From Thermodesulfobacteriota bacterium (GTDB lineage Bacteria > Desulfobacterota > Desulfobulbia > Desulfobulbales > SURF-16), in NCBI GenBank assembly GCA_039715015.1, contig JBDLIE010000003.1, forward strand, positions 32,001 to 96,000: 64,000 bases of DNA. Direction: 5' to 3'. Positions 22,201-31,715 of this stretch are shown here, piece by piece. The notes below the pieces were generated by a model. That model was given only the letters and a program-made list of their open reading frames with translations, was not told where the DNA came from and did not search any database. Both the position numbers and the translations under genes were made by a program. Position 1 is the first letter of the stretch. Each line of letters opens with the position of its first letter.

Positions 22201-22952
22201 AAGGAAAAGTCCGGAATATCTCCAGACAGGTCCAGAATGAGACCGTCAAGATTTTTTTCAGCAGTAAATGACAAGGTGCTGATGTCGTTTAGAGGCTTCA
22301 GAAGTGGATTGCCTTTTGCAGTTAAAATCTTTTGAGACCGGAGGTCTTGTACCTCCCCTCTCATCGTTCCTTGACCTTTTCGGTCGAATTTGCCGCTTAA
22401 GACCATTTTTTTGGCAAAGCTTGCTTCACTTTTCCAAGAAAATTCGCCTCCCTTTCCGCGGATTGAAAAGTCGGCTGAAATTTTGTTTAGGAAGATTTTT
22501 TGTGACGCGAAAAGGCTGTTGTGTTGCTCTGGCAGAAGGAGGGTTCCGTTGTCAACAACAAGCTTTATTTCCGGAAAATCAACGGTGCTAAGTCCGTCAT
22601 CTTTATCGCTGGGCGAAAAATCGTGGAGATGAAAAACTGGGTCGGTAATATCCAGCCTTCCCAATGAAGAAAGACCAAGAAGGATCTTCCAAGAAGGGTA
22701 TAAGGTCGCCTCAGGACTTGTGACGGAAAAGTCTTGATGCAAAACCTCAACTTGTCCCACCTTTATATGTGGAAAAGGAAACCAGGTAAAGCTTATATCT
22801 TGGACACTGGCATCGACAACATACCAGCTGTTAATGCGGGTAAGTATCTGATCTTTGACCTTTTGGCTTTCTATCAGCAAGGGAGCGCTCATAATTATCC
22901 CAGCAAACAAAAGGAAGAGAATGCCTGTATAAATAAGGAGCTTCTTTTTCAT
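19233..22952 (-). CDS. AsmA-like (YhdP/AsmA_2 superfamily) large periplasmic protein
   Basis: N-terminal membrane anchor, long beta-rich body and an AsmA_2-like C terminus (ATGEVNL...KVPLVGRVLGG...VTGPLHDPKV). Confidence 0.75.
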   Translation of the reverse strand: MKKKLLIYTGILFLLFAGIIMSAPLLIESQKVKDQILTRINSWYVVDASVQDISFTWFPFPHIKVGQVEVLHQDFSVTSPEATLYPSWKILLGLSSLGRLDITDPVFHLHDFSPSDKDDGLSTVDFPEIKLVVDNGTLLLPEQHNSLFASQKIFLNKISADFSIRGKGGEFSWKSEASFAKKMVLSGKFDRKGQGTMRGEVQDLRSQKILTAKGNPLLKPLNDISTLSFTAEKNLDGLILDLSGDIPDFSLSRLDVKENFRLGKGDINLHLGPHDSFFLTFNDLHFHEPQLKIKGEISRYFPDGSDQSNIKIDLKAADLDLTGVRQKVLSLLGDNSVAQQVCDIVQSGKANSATYYFDAPAKAFEDVASMTIGVDIATSEIHLADIPLDLNNAQGPILIKDGDLSGKNITTWVGDAKGTDGVFLVGLASDKFGLEVDVDIDANLQELPAVLRSILNDKDVARELGKVQGSGRANGHLHIGDDIRDFNVIVDVDTYHDAELRYERLSWPLRPTVGKLKVTGTSATWQNMKAKMASHSIQETSGHVTWDDPDIPFSINSLHGLFDTNTLLGELKEYPLLMETFAGVIDSIQGSAEITGSLQGSFFKPEEYTYSFESKLKDITFKTPVMAEKVMVEKATGIVGHQEIKIVSSAGTLFGKPINLSGELLHDDWQTWEGNLHVNGLLGNKHLNWLEDKHIFPHLIVPRPPYRIRNMTIRWDDKLFSLEGKLSPEGDTIALDLDIKNKAESFSGSFHVKSETDNASLTLHWNEKDQEFISSFKGNISGGSLGAFLDDSKATFESIKGDFKIHKTTDKKTNMTMVDFDGDLIALDAQWTWGKEQRVCNIPILNFDSEDSRLRVQELEAVFNNESFGASGVFSSKPGLGHFELDLFSVSPISTTNIEKFQDDLDYFLYTTLAIPQDTKTTPSYEISGLLGFDFKSVVLPFGTKRNDGGDQRSYKLPITPLKGTYEFNQTDSELNLQDSEVCGVGLNGQLSWHGPQETTKEISVMSPIDRPLKFQDFLSCFNFDGIVEGPLEISGRIYSDTNLCKRGGVFLTSKKGTIKKFVALAKTLSLINITGLSGAIWKEGFYYNAFELSGNICDNVFTIEKAFIDGDGVDVVATGEVNLSTMEYDVTFFVVPFATIHGLVTKVPLVGRVLGGSEGRIVSVPVKVTGPLHDPKVTVLSPSAIGEATGKWILDTITLPFGWMIPGKKDRNGEQNSGPIPNPQESTDTSSSSESPAQ

Positions 22953-23007
22953 CAAATAACAATCATTGGTTGGAAGAGGTAAGTTGGAGAATGTATCATC
23001 ACTGCCA

Positions 23008-24780
23008 TTATTCTACTGTGGTTAACATGCTGTCAATCGTTGCAAGCCCGCCTTCCCAGAATAATGGGTCGTTAAGGTCTACACCAAAGGGTTTAACCAG
23101 TTCGTAGGGCGAGAGGCTGCCGCCAGCGGCCAGCAACGCTTCGTATTTAGGGACAAATTTATCCCCTTCAGTCTTATAGAGATTGTAGAGGGCAAGAACA
23201 AGAAGTTCTCCAAAGGCATAGGAATAAACATAGCCAGGCGTGTGGAGAAAGTGGGGGATGTATGCCCACCAGATGTCATAGTTTTCTGTTAAACTCACAG
23301 AGTCTCCAAACATCTCCTCTTGGGTGGCACGCCAGTATTTGTTTACTAATTCCTGGGAAAGTTCACCCTGATCACGGCGGCTGTTATGGATACGGTCCTC
23401 AAAACGGTTCATTGATATCTGCCGGAAAACAGTGGCAAATATCGACTCAAGTTTTTGACAGGTAAATGCCTGTCGTTCTTGTGGGGATTCGAGGAGGTCA
23501 AGCTGGCTGTGAAAGACAAGGAGTTCTGCAAAAACAGAAGCGGTTTCCGCCAGGACAAGAGGGGTGTCACTATTATAATATCCCTTTTGGGCAGCTAGGT
23601 ATTGATGAACCCCATGCCCGAGCTCATGGGCAACGGTTGAGACGTCACGAATATTACCGGTATAATTTACCAGAATATAAGGGTGTACTTCCGGCACACA
23701 GGGATGGGCAAAGGCTCCCCCCCGCTTACCTTCTAAAAGGGGGGCGTGGATCCAACCGCGGTCAAAAAAGAAAGAGGCTATTTCTGCCATTTTGGGAGAA
23801 AATTGCCGAAAGGCGTGCAAGACCATGTCCTGGCATTGTGGCCAAGACACCTTTTCGTCAGGAAGATGAGGCAGGGGCGCATACCTGTCATAATCGTGGA
23901 GGGTGTCCAGATCAAGGAGCCTTTTTTTCAGGTGATAGTAGCGCTGAACAATATCATAGCGTTTGATTACCGAAGAAACGAGAATCCCCACAGTGTTGTC
24001 GCCCAACTCATTGGCCAGGTTCATGGAGCTTTCCCAGGAGGGATAAGATCGCAGCCGATCGGTAATCATCTTGTCTGCTAAGATGGTGTTGAAAATATGT
24101 GTGATGATATGGAGTTGGGAACGGAGCCCATCGGTCATATCTTCCGCAGCCTGGATGCGGACTTTGCGCTCTGGCGAGTAGAGGTCGGAAAGCACCTCCT
24201 CTTCACTGCGTTTTTGTTCACCAAAGGTGAGGTGGCCAAAAACCTTTTCAAAAAGATCCGTCCAACTGGACGTACCCACCGGTGCCTTCTCGATGAGGAT
24301 TTGCTCCTCAACACTGCTTAAGAGATGGTCTGCATAACGCCTGATGCTGTACAAATAATGGCGATAATGGCTGAGGCTGTCGTCTTGGAGTAGTTTTTCA
24401 GCCACCTCTTTTGGGGTTTTTCCCCATTCCAGATCAAAAAAGACGGTTTCTTTACCCACCCGGCTGGCAATCTCTTTCACCTCCTGCAAAAAAGCGCCGG
24501 CTTCAGCGTTTTGCACCTGAGTGGTGAAGTTTAAGAACGAGTAGGTGGACAATTTGCCGAGGATAACGGCAATAGCTTCAAGTTTTTTTACCAGTTTAAA
24601 AAGTTCTTGGGCCGAAAGCTTGGAGATCTTGTGTCGATAGGTGCTGGCAAGAGTTTCAGCGGCCTGCTGGCAAAATTCGAAATCTTTTTTAATGGCAGGA
24701 TCATCAAGCCCTTGATAGAGATGGTCAAGTTGCCAGATAACATCCGATGTTTTGAGATCTTTGTTTAGTTGTGAAGACAT
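23008..24780 (-). CDS. pepF: Oligoendopeptidase F (M3B family)
   Basis: WQLDHLY, GKRGGAF, the HELGH zinc motif, AETASVF, WAYIPHF and YVYSY. Confidence 0.9.
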   Translation of the reverse strand: MSSQLNKDLKTSDVIWQLDHLYQGLDDPAIKKDFEFCQQAAETLASTYRHKISKLSAQELFKLVKKLEAIAVILGKLSTYSFLNFTTQVQNAEAGAFLQEVKEIASRVGKETVFFDLEWGKTPKEVAEKLLQDDSLSHYRHYLYSIRRYADHLLSSVEEQILIEKAPVGTSSWTDLFEKVFGHLTFGEQKRSEEEVLSDLYSPERKVRIQAAEDMTDGLRSQLHIITHIFNTILADKMITDRLRSYPSWESSMNLANELGDNTVGILVSSVIKRYDIVQRYYHLKKRLLDLDTLHDYDRYAPLPHLPDEKVSWPQCQDMVLHAFRQFSPKMAEIASFFFDRGWIHAPLLEGKRGGAFAHPCVPEVHPYILVNYTGNIRDVSTVAHELGHGVHQYLAAQKGYYNSDTPLVLAETASVFAELLVFHSQLDLLESPQERQAFTCQKLESIFATVFRQISMNRFEDRIHNSRRDQGELSQELVNKYWRATQEEMFGDSVSLTENYDIWWAYIPHFLHTPGYVYSYAFGELLVLALYNLYKTEGDKFVPKYEALLAAGGSLSPYELVKPFGVDLNDPLFWEGGLATIDSMLTTVE

Positions 24781-25183
24781 CAAGCCAGATTAGGGTAAAA
24801 GTGAGATTCAGTAAGGAATATAGAATAATACAGCACCTCCTTCTGAATTACAATCTGTGAGCTATGGGCAAGAAAAAATCTTGCGTCAAAGAATAGAACA
24901 ATATAATTTGTATTCGAAATTTTATGAGACTACGATTCCACTTACCACAAGATTTTAAAAATTTTCATAAAAATCGAGCATTTATAATCTTTGTTTTTTT
25001 AAACACTATTAACGAAACAAATTCCGCTAGTTCAATTCCATTGGCTATTTTCTGTGGTTCTAAAAGTTTATACGCCCCTGCCAATGGTCTGAGAACATGC
25101 CGTCTTTTCTCATCATGTTTTTCCGTTCTTTGACGCCTTCCCGCCAAGGCGTCAAATGACAGTTTAATTTCTACAGGTATCTT

Positions 25184-27007
25184 ATGACATCCTCCCCAGC
25201 ATATGATGAAGGCAAGGTTAAAACACTCAGCTCGTTAGAGCATATCAGGCTTCGGCCAGGTATGTATATCGGTCGTTTGGGTAATGGCTCACATCCGGAT
25301 GATGGAATCTATATTCTATTAAAGGAAATCATCGATAATGGTGTTGATGAGTTCATCATGGGGGCCGGCAAGAAAATCGAGATTACCCTTGAAGACACTG
25401 GTGCGGCTTTTATCCGTGACTATGGCCGGGGTATCCCCCTCGGCAAGATCGTTGAGTGTGTGTCGGTGATAAATACCGGCGCCAAGTATAACAGCGATGT
25501 CTTTCAATTTTCCGTTGGCCTCAACGGTGTGGGCACCAAGGCGGTTAACGCTCTTTCCACAGATTTTAAGGTTACTGCCTATCGTGAGGGGAAGTTTGCC
25601 TCAGCGACCTTTAAGGACGGCACCTTGGTTGATCAGCAAGAGGGTAAGAGTGGTGAGAAAAACGGTACCTTGATAGAGTTTCTTCCTGATCCTGACATCT
25701 TTAAAGGTTATGCCTATAATTTTGACTTTATCAAGAAAAGATTATGGCGTTATGCTTATCTCAATGCTGGGCTGAAGCTGATCTTCGATGACGAAGAATT
25801 TTTCTCAGATAACGGTCTCCTGGATCTTCTTGCCAATGAGATTGAAGATAGTCAGCTCTATGACCCTCTTCATTATCGTGATGACACCCTTGAAATGACC
25901 TTTACCCATATTAATGGCTATGGGGAATCCTATTTTTCCTTTGTCAATGGTACTTATACAAATGAAGGGGGTACTCACCTTTCAGCCTACAGAGAAGGGA
26001 TACTCAAGGGCTTCAATGAGTTTACCGGCAAGAAATTTTCCGGCAATGATGTCAGGGAAGGAATTGTCGGCACTATTGCCGTAAAGGTTGTTGAGCCTAT
26101 TTTTGAGTCTCAGACCAAGAATAAGCTCGGCAATACCGACATTCGGGCCGATATTATTAATCGCGTCCGTAAATTTGTCTGTGATTCGCTCTATAAGGAC
26201 ACTGATCTGGCTGAGGTCATGGTTCACAAGATCCAGCAAAACGCCAAGATCCGTAAAGAGTTGCAGAATGTCCGTAAAGAGGCCAAGGCCAAAGCCAAAA
26301 AAGTTACCTACCGCATTCCTAACCTTAAAGATTGCAAGTATCATCCCACCAAGAAAAAGCCTTCCAAAAGCGGCCGCGAGAACATGATTTTCATCACCGA
26401 GGGCCAATCTGCCTCGGGTTCCATTGTTAGTTCCCGCGACCCAATGCGGCAGGCGGTTTTCTCCCTTAAGGGTAAGCCCATGAACGTCTATGGGCACAGG
26501 CTTGATCTACTTTATAAAAATGATGAGATGTATAACATCATGCGGGCCCTAAATGTTGAGGAATCCGTCGGCCATCTTCGTTATGACAAGGTGATTTTGG
26601 CCACAGATGCAGATGTCGACGGCCTCCATATCAGAAATCTTCTTCTCACCTTTTTTCTTCATTATTTCGAGCCATTAGTAAAGCTCGGTCATGTTTATAT
26701 TCTCGAGACCCCTATCTTCAGGGCTCGCACTAAACAGCAGACCATTTACTGCTATTCTGAGAATGAAAAAGAGAAGGCGGTAAAGAAACTTGCTGGCCGT
26801 GCCAAGGTAAAGAAACAGGTGGAAATTACCCGTTTCAAAGGTCTTGGCGAAATCTCCCCCCCGGAGTTTAAACAGTTTATTGGTGATGATATTCGCCTAC
26901 AACAGGTCAATATTGACAGGCTTTCAGAGGTTCCCAAGCTTCTCTCATTTTACATGGGCAAGAACACCCCTGACCGCAAAGAATATATCATGAGAAATTT
27001 GGTTTAA
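25184..27007 (+). CDS. parE: Type IIA topoisomerase subunit B (topoisomerase IV B-like)
   Basis: HIRLRPGMYIG, EIIDN, GRGIP, GLNGVG, FESQTK, toprim DADVDG and RFKGLGE. Confidence 0.85.
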   Translation: MTSSPAYDEGKVKTLSSLEHIRLRPGMYIGRLGNGSHPDDGIYILLKEIIDNGVDEFIMGAGKKIEITLEDTGAAFIRDYGRGIPLGKIVECVSVINTGAKYNSDVFQFSVGLNGVGTKAVNALSTDFKVTAYREGKFASATFKDGTLVDQQEGKSGEKNGTLIEFLPDPDIFKGYAYNFDFIKKRLWRYAYLNAGLKLIFDDEEFFSDNGLLDLLANEIEDSQLYDPLHYRDDTLEMTFTHINGYGESYFSFVNGTYTNEGGTHLSAYREGILKGFNEFTGKKFSGNDVREGIVGTIAVKVVEPIFESQTKNKLGNTDIRADIINRVRKFVCDSLYKDTDLAEVMVHKIQQNAKIRKELQNVRKEAKAKAKKVTYRIPNLKDCKYHPTKKKPSKSGRENMIFITEGQSASGSIVSSRDPMRQAVFSLKGKPMNVYGHRLDLLYKNDEMYNIMRALNVEESVGHLRYDKVILATDADVDGLHIRNLLLTFFLHYFEPLVKLGHVYILETPIFRARTKQQTIYCYSENEKEKAVKKLAGRAKVKKQVEITRFKGLGEISPPEFKQFIGDDIRLQQVNIDRLSEVPKLLSFYMGKNTPDRKEYIMRNLV

Positions 27008-27021
27008 AGGCGAGGATACCT

Positions 27022-29007
27022 ATGCATCATCTTGAAGATTATGGCGGTTTGCATCAGCTTTTTGACACAAACTTCCTTGATTACACCTCATATGTCATCA
27101 AAGAAAGGGCTATTCCTGACCTAAGTGATGGCCTCAAGCCTGTTCAACGCCGGATTATGCAGACCCTGGCCAATATGGATGATGGTCGCTTTAATAAGGT
27201 CGCCAATGTCGTGGGCGATACCATGAAGCTTCATCCCCATGGTGACCAGTCCATTTATGCTGCTTTGGTGAACCTGTCAAACAAAGGCTTTCTTATCAGC
27301 CAACAGGGTAATTTTGGTAACATCTACACAGGTGATGGGGCGTCGGCAGCTCGCTATATCGAATGTCGTTTATCACCCCTGGCCAAAGAGACCCTTTTTA
27401 ATAAAGATTTGACCGCCTTTGCTGAATCTTATGATGGCCGTCTCATGGAGCCGGTTACCCTGCCAAGCAAAATACCTCTTCTTCTTCTGCAGGGAGCCGA
27501 AGGTATTGCTGTGGGTATGGCAACTAAGATTATGCCCCATAATTTTGTCGAAGTGCTTGAGGCGCAAAAGGATATTCTCCATGACAAGGAAATAGAGATC
27601 TATCCTGATTTTCAAAAGGGTGGCACCCTGGATGTCTCCGGGTATGATGACGGCAATGGTCGTTTAAAATGTCGAGCCTGCATCGAAGAAAAGGATGAGA
27701 AAACCATCCTTGTTAAGGAGATTCCTCATTCGACAACCACTCAGTCCATTATGGAGAGTGTTGAGAAGGCGGCCAAACAGGGCAAGATCAAGATCCAGTC
27801 CATTAATGATTACACCGCAGAAGAGGTGGAGATAGAGATCAAACTCCCGCGCGGCATTTATGCAGAGGATACGATCCGGGCACTCTATGCCTTCACCGAT
27901 TGCGAGGTCTCCATCAGCCCCAATCTCACGGTTATTCGCGATGGCAATCCTGTCAATATCAGTGTCACTGAGGTTCTGCGCGACAACACCGACAAGCTGG
28001 TTAACGATCTTGAAAAAGAGCTCCTGATAGATCTTGATCGCCTCCAGGAAAGGCTTCAGGCCGCTCTCCTTGAACAGATTTTCATAGAAGAACGTCTTTA
28101 TAAGAAGATTGAGGAATGTGACACCTACCAACTTGTGGTTGAAACCGTTGACAGCTCGCTCAAACCTTTTCGAGATCGTCTGCTACGTGACGTCACCTTG
28201 GAGGATATTGAACGGCTTCTGGAGATCCGGATTAAACGGATATCCCGTTACGATATTGCCAAGAAGCAAAAAGAAATTAATGCCACCCGCAAGAAGATCC
28301 GTGAAGTTGAAAAGCATCTGAAAGATATGGTTCTTTTTACAACTAATTATATCGACAAGCTGCTGAAAAAATATGGCCCTGACTATCCTCGCCGTACAGA
28401 GATTGCCACCTTCTCCGAGGTTCAGGCCCGCAAGGTGGCAATCTCTAACCTTACCTTTGGCTATCAAGTAAAAACAGGATTTCTGGGCCATCAGGTTAAA
28501 GGGGATGAGGGATTTTCTTTCCCTTGTTCAGAGTATGACAAGGTCATGCTTGTCTTCAAAAATGGCACTTATAGAGTCGTGCCTGTGGCTGAAAAGGTTT
28601 TTATCGGCCACGATATCGTCTGGATGGGCAAGGTTGAAGGTAGACTCGTTTTTAACATCATCTACAAAAACGGTAGTGAAAATCTCTCCTATATTAAGCG
28701 CTTTAAAATGCCGAAATTTATCATGGAAAAGGACTATGAGCTGTTTAAGCCCCATAAACGCTCCCTTATTCAGCATATGAGTCTTGGTGATGAGGGGCTT
28801 GTCAGGGTCTATTACACCCCGAATAAAAGGGCCAAGGCAAATTATGAGGATTTTTCTCTTGAGGATTTCTTGATTAAAGGGGCGGCAGCCCGAGGGAAAA
28901 GGGTTTCCAACACCAGACCGGTAACCAGGGTGAGAGCGTTAACCTCCAAAGATGATAAGTCTGATGAGGTGAAAAACCCGGCAACCCTTTTTGATGCAAA
29001 AGATTGA
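27022..29007 (+). CDS. parC: Type IIA topoisomerase subunit A (topoisomerase IV A-like)
   Basis: ERAIPD...DGLKPVQRR, HPHGD, catalytic AARY and GIAVGMAT; short C-terminal domain with no GyrA-box seen. Confidence 0.85.
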   Translation: MHHLEDYGGLHQLFDTNFLDYTSYVIKERAIPDLSDGLKPVQRRIMQTLANMDDGRFNKVANVVGDTMKLHPHGDQSIYAALVNLSNKGFLISQQGNFGNIYTGDGASAARYIECRLSPLAKETLFNKDLTAFAESYDGRLMEPVTLPSKIPLLLLQGAEGIAVGMATKIMPHNFVEVLEAQKDILHDKEIEIYPDFQKGGTLDVSGYDDGNGRLKCRACIEEKDEKTILVKEIPHSTTTQSIMESVEKAAKQGKIKIQSINDYTAEEVEIEIKLPRGIYAEDTIRALYAFTDCEVSISPNLTVIRDGNPVNISVTEVLRDNTDKLVNDLEKELLIDLDRLQERLQAALLEQIFIEERLYKKIEECDTYQLVVETVDSSLKPFRDRLLRDVTLEDIERLLEIRIKRISRYDIAKKQKEINATRKKIREVEKHLKDMVLFTTNYIDKLLKKYGPDYPRRTEIATFSEVQARKVAISNLTFGYQVKTGFLGHQVKGDEGFSFPCSEYDKVMLVFKNGTYRVVPVAEKVFIGHDIVWMGKVEGRLVFNIIYKNGSENLSYIKRFKMPKFIMEKDYELFKPHKRSLIQHMSLGDEGLVRVYYTPNKRAKANYEDFSLEDFLIKGAAARGKRVSNTRPVTRVRALTSKDDKSDEVKNPATLFDAKD

Positions 29008-29050
29008 TAGTGGTGCACCAGTTTATTTTTGATGAAAATAGGAAATCCCC

Positions 29051-29734
29051 TTGAGTAAGGCCCCAGCAGTACAAAAAATGTTCGACTCCATCGCCGGTCA
29101 ATACGATCTGATGAACAGGGTCATGACCCTGGGCCAGGACCAGCGCTGGCGCAAGTTTGTGGTCGCCAAAGCTGGAGATGCCAAGCAGGGGAGGGTGCTT
29201 GATCTAGCCACCGGAACCGGTGATATTGCTGCCCTTTATAAAGAATCGTTTCCTAAAGCCACCGTCATTGGAGGCGATTTTGCCCAAAATATGCTGGCTG
29301 AGGCAGGCAAGCGCTTTGCTGACCGCGATATCTCCTGGCAGGCCTGTGATGCCAATTTTCTTCCCTTTGGCGATGATTTTTTTGAGGCAGTGACCTTTGG
29401 CTACCTCTTGCGAAATGTAGACCATGCCCCCACCGTTCTTAACGAGGTATACAGGGTGCTTAAAAAGGGGGGACGTATTGTCTGCCTTGACACTACGCCC
29501 CCTGGAAAAAACATTCTTTACCCCTTTATCCGGGGCTATTTACGTTGGGGAATTCCCTTAATGGGGAGATTGATCGCTAGCGATGAGGCCGCGTATGCCT
29601 ATCTGACAGGCTCCACCATGGATTTTTACAAGGCGGATGATCTTGCAACAGAATTTCGGCATGCAGGTTTTCAGAAGGTAGGATTCAAGAAGTTCATGAT
29701 GGGCACCATTGCCGTCCATTGGGGAGAGAAATAA
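29051..29734 (+). CDS. menG: Demethylmenaquinone methyltransferase (UbiE/MenG family)
   Basis: MFDSIAGQYDLMN, LDLATGTGD, LRNV and AYAYL. Confidence 0.85.
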   Translation: MSKAPAVQKMFDSIAGQYDLMNRVMTLGQDQRWRKFVVAKAGDAKQGRVLDLATGTGDIAALYKESFPKATVIGGDFAQNMLAEAGKRFADRDISWQACDANFLPFGDDFFEAVTFGYLLRNVDHAPTVLNEVYRVLKKGGRIVCLDTTPPGKNILYPFIRGYLRWGIPLMGRLIASDEAAYAYLTGSTMDFYKADDLATEFRHAGFQKVGFKKFMMGTIAVHWGEK

Positions 29735-29813
29735 GCTTCATTCCCTCCCCGTCTTCCCTTTAACGTCATTTGCATTATAGGTTTTTCGCTCATGGCGTCA
29801 GTTGACAACTCTC

Positions 29814-30395
29814 CTATTTCTTTTCCTCATACATCTTTAAGATAACCACGTCCTTGTTGGGCACATCACCATACATTCCGCTTTGTCCCCTTGGCACTGA
29901 AACAATGGCATCCGCTACATCCATGCCTTCGACAACCTTGCCAAACACTGCATAGCCGTATCCATCCATACGCATGGAACGATGGTCTAAGGACCTATTG
30001 TCATTCACATTGATAAAGAACTGGGCTGTGGCACTGTTGATATCCTGGGTGCGGGCCATGGACAAGGTGCCTCTTTTATTCTTTAAGCCGTTATGCGCCT
30101 CATTCATGATAGGCGGCCTGGTTGATTTTTTTTTCAGACCGGGCTCGAAACCGCCGCCCTGAATCATAAAACCAGGAATGACGCGATGGAAAATAAGGCC
30201 ATCAAAGAAACCATCACGCACATAGGTGCGAAAGTTTTTACAGGTAATGGGCGCCTCTTTGTCAAAAAGGGCAATGGTCATATTGCCCATACTGGTTTCC
30301 ATAATAATTCGAGGTGCGGATTCCTCAGCACATGATAATGCGGGTAAGGAAAAAGAAACGGCAAGAAGAAGCGCAAAGAGTACTTTTTTTGTCAT
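29814..30395 (-). CDS. ppiA: Exported cyclophilin-type peptidyl-prolyl isomerase
   Basis: Signal peptide, FHRVIPGFMIQGGG, MART, SATAQFFIN and GYAVFGKV. Confidence 0.9.
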   Translation of the reverse strand: MTKKVLFALLLAVSFSLPALSCAEESAPRIIMETSMGNMTIALFDKEAPITCKNFRTYVRDGFFDGLIFHRVIPGFMIQGGGFEPGLKKKSTRPPIMNEAHNGLKNKRGTLSMARTQDINSATAQFFINVNDNRSLDHRSMRMDGYGYAVFGKVVEGMDVADAIVSVPRGQSGMYGDVPNKDVVILKMYEEKK

Positions 30396-30521
30396 GTTGA
30401 AGCCTCATTAAAGTGGTTAAAATTGGGTAAGCATGAAAAAATATTATGAAAATACCATATTTCGATACAAAGTCTTATGAAAGAATTGAGTTTATTCCGT
30501 TTTTTGATTTATTATTTTGCT

Positions 30522-31571
30522 ATGCATAAGCCTTTAGATTTACATCCTGACAACGCACTTCAATGTTCCTATTCTGAGACTATTATCTTCGCCCAAAAGA
30601 TTTTCAGGACAAGCTCTGTTGCCATTGTCACCTGTCTAGTCCTCCTTTCTTTTATCATCCCTCAACGTGATACGGTTTCAGTGGCAAAGGTCCAAAATCC
30701 TACTGAAACTCTTACTGTTAAAGCAAATGAAGTTGAGCCCCCTGACCCCTCTGTGCCATCGTATAGTCCATCATCCTCGATGGATCTTCAGCAGACACTG
30801 GAGAAGTATGGGCTCTGGTCAATAAAGAATAATTCTACCATTGACCCGGTGCTTTTCACCTCCTTCCCTGATAACCTTCACACCTTATCCATTGCTGACA
30901 AGAAGACGACCTTTTTACACACCCTTTTGCCTGTGGCTCTTTATGCAAACCAGATGGTAGAGAATGAACGTTTGCGTCTTTTTGAAATTCTGGCAATGTC
31001 TGGTGCTCTGCCTGGAGATTTCTCATTAAAAGAAATTCCTGCAGCATGGCAAAAGATTCTATCAAATAAGGACAAACAGTGGCTTCTTGGTTTGGCTAAA
31101 CGTTATAAGGCTGAAACCATCGCTCAGCTCAAAAAAAGGGTGCGGCCCGTGCCTGTCAGTCTTCTTCTGGCCCAAAGCGCTTTGGAATCATCTTGGGGAA
31201 CTTCTCGTTTTGCCAGAGAGGGCAATAATCTTTTTGGCATCCGCACCTGGGGTGAAAAAGGACTTGTCCCTGGCGAAAGAGAGACAGGAAGCAAGTTTCT
31301 TGTGGCTCAATACGACACCATTCTTGACTCCGTAAATGCATATATCCTCACCTTAAACAGCCATCACCTCTACGTGAAATTCCGAACCCTTCGCATGGAG
31401 AGCCAGGACACGGAGGTGTTAAGTGGAGGCCTGCTTTTTTATTCTGAAAAAAGAAAGAGTTATGTGACTAAAGTTAATAGAATTATACGTTATAACCGAC
31501 TCAAACGTTTTGACACCCTGCATCTTGCTCGTTATGGAGAGAGCATGGCACCTAAGGTAGCAGTCAATTAA
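30522..31571 (+). CDS. Membrane-anchored glucosaminidase-domain protein (Bax/GH73-like)
   Basis: N-terminal hydrophobic segment; LAQSALESSWGTSRFAREGNNLFG, YILTLNSH and YSE; start codon uncertain (30477 or 30522). Confidence 0.8.
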   Translation: MHKPLDLHPDNALQCSYSETIIFAQKIFRTSSVAIVTCLVLLSFIIPQRDTVSVAKVQNPTETLTVKANEVEPPDPSVPSYSPSSSMDLQQTLEKYGLWSIKNNSTIDPVLFTSFPDNLHTLSIADKKTTFLHTLLPVALYANQMVENERLRLFEILAMSGALPGDFSLKEIPAAWQKILSNKDKQWLLGLAKRYKAETIAQLKKRVRPVPVSLLLAQSALESSWGTSRFAREGNNLFGIRTWGEKGLVPGERETGSKFLVAQYDTILDSVNAYILTLNSHHLYVKFRTLRMESQDTEVLSGGLLFYSEKRKSYVTKVNRIIRYNRLKRFDTLHLARYGESMAPKVAVN

Positions 31572-31715
31572 TTCTTGGTGTCTATATCCAGCGAATTTCT
31601 TTTGTTTCTTCTGTTTTTATGCCATACCCATTAGTCTGTTGCTGAACGAGGAAGGTGTCTCGTTCACTCTGTCCTGCCGTTGTGCATTACAATGATCATA
31701 AATCCGAGGTTTTTC

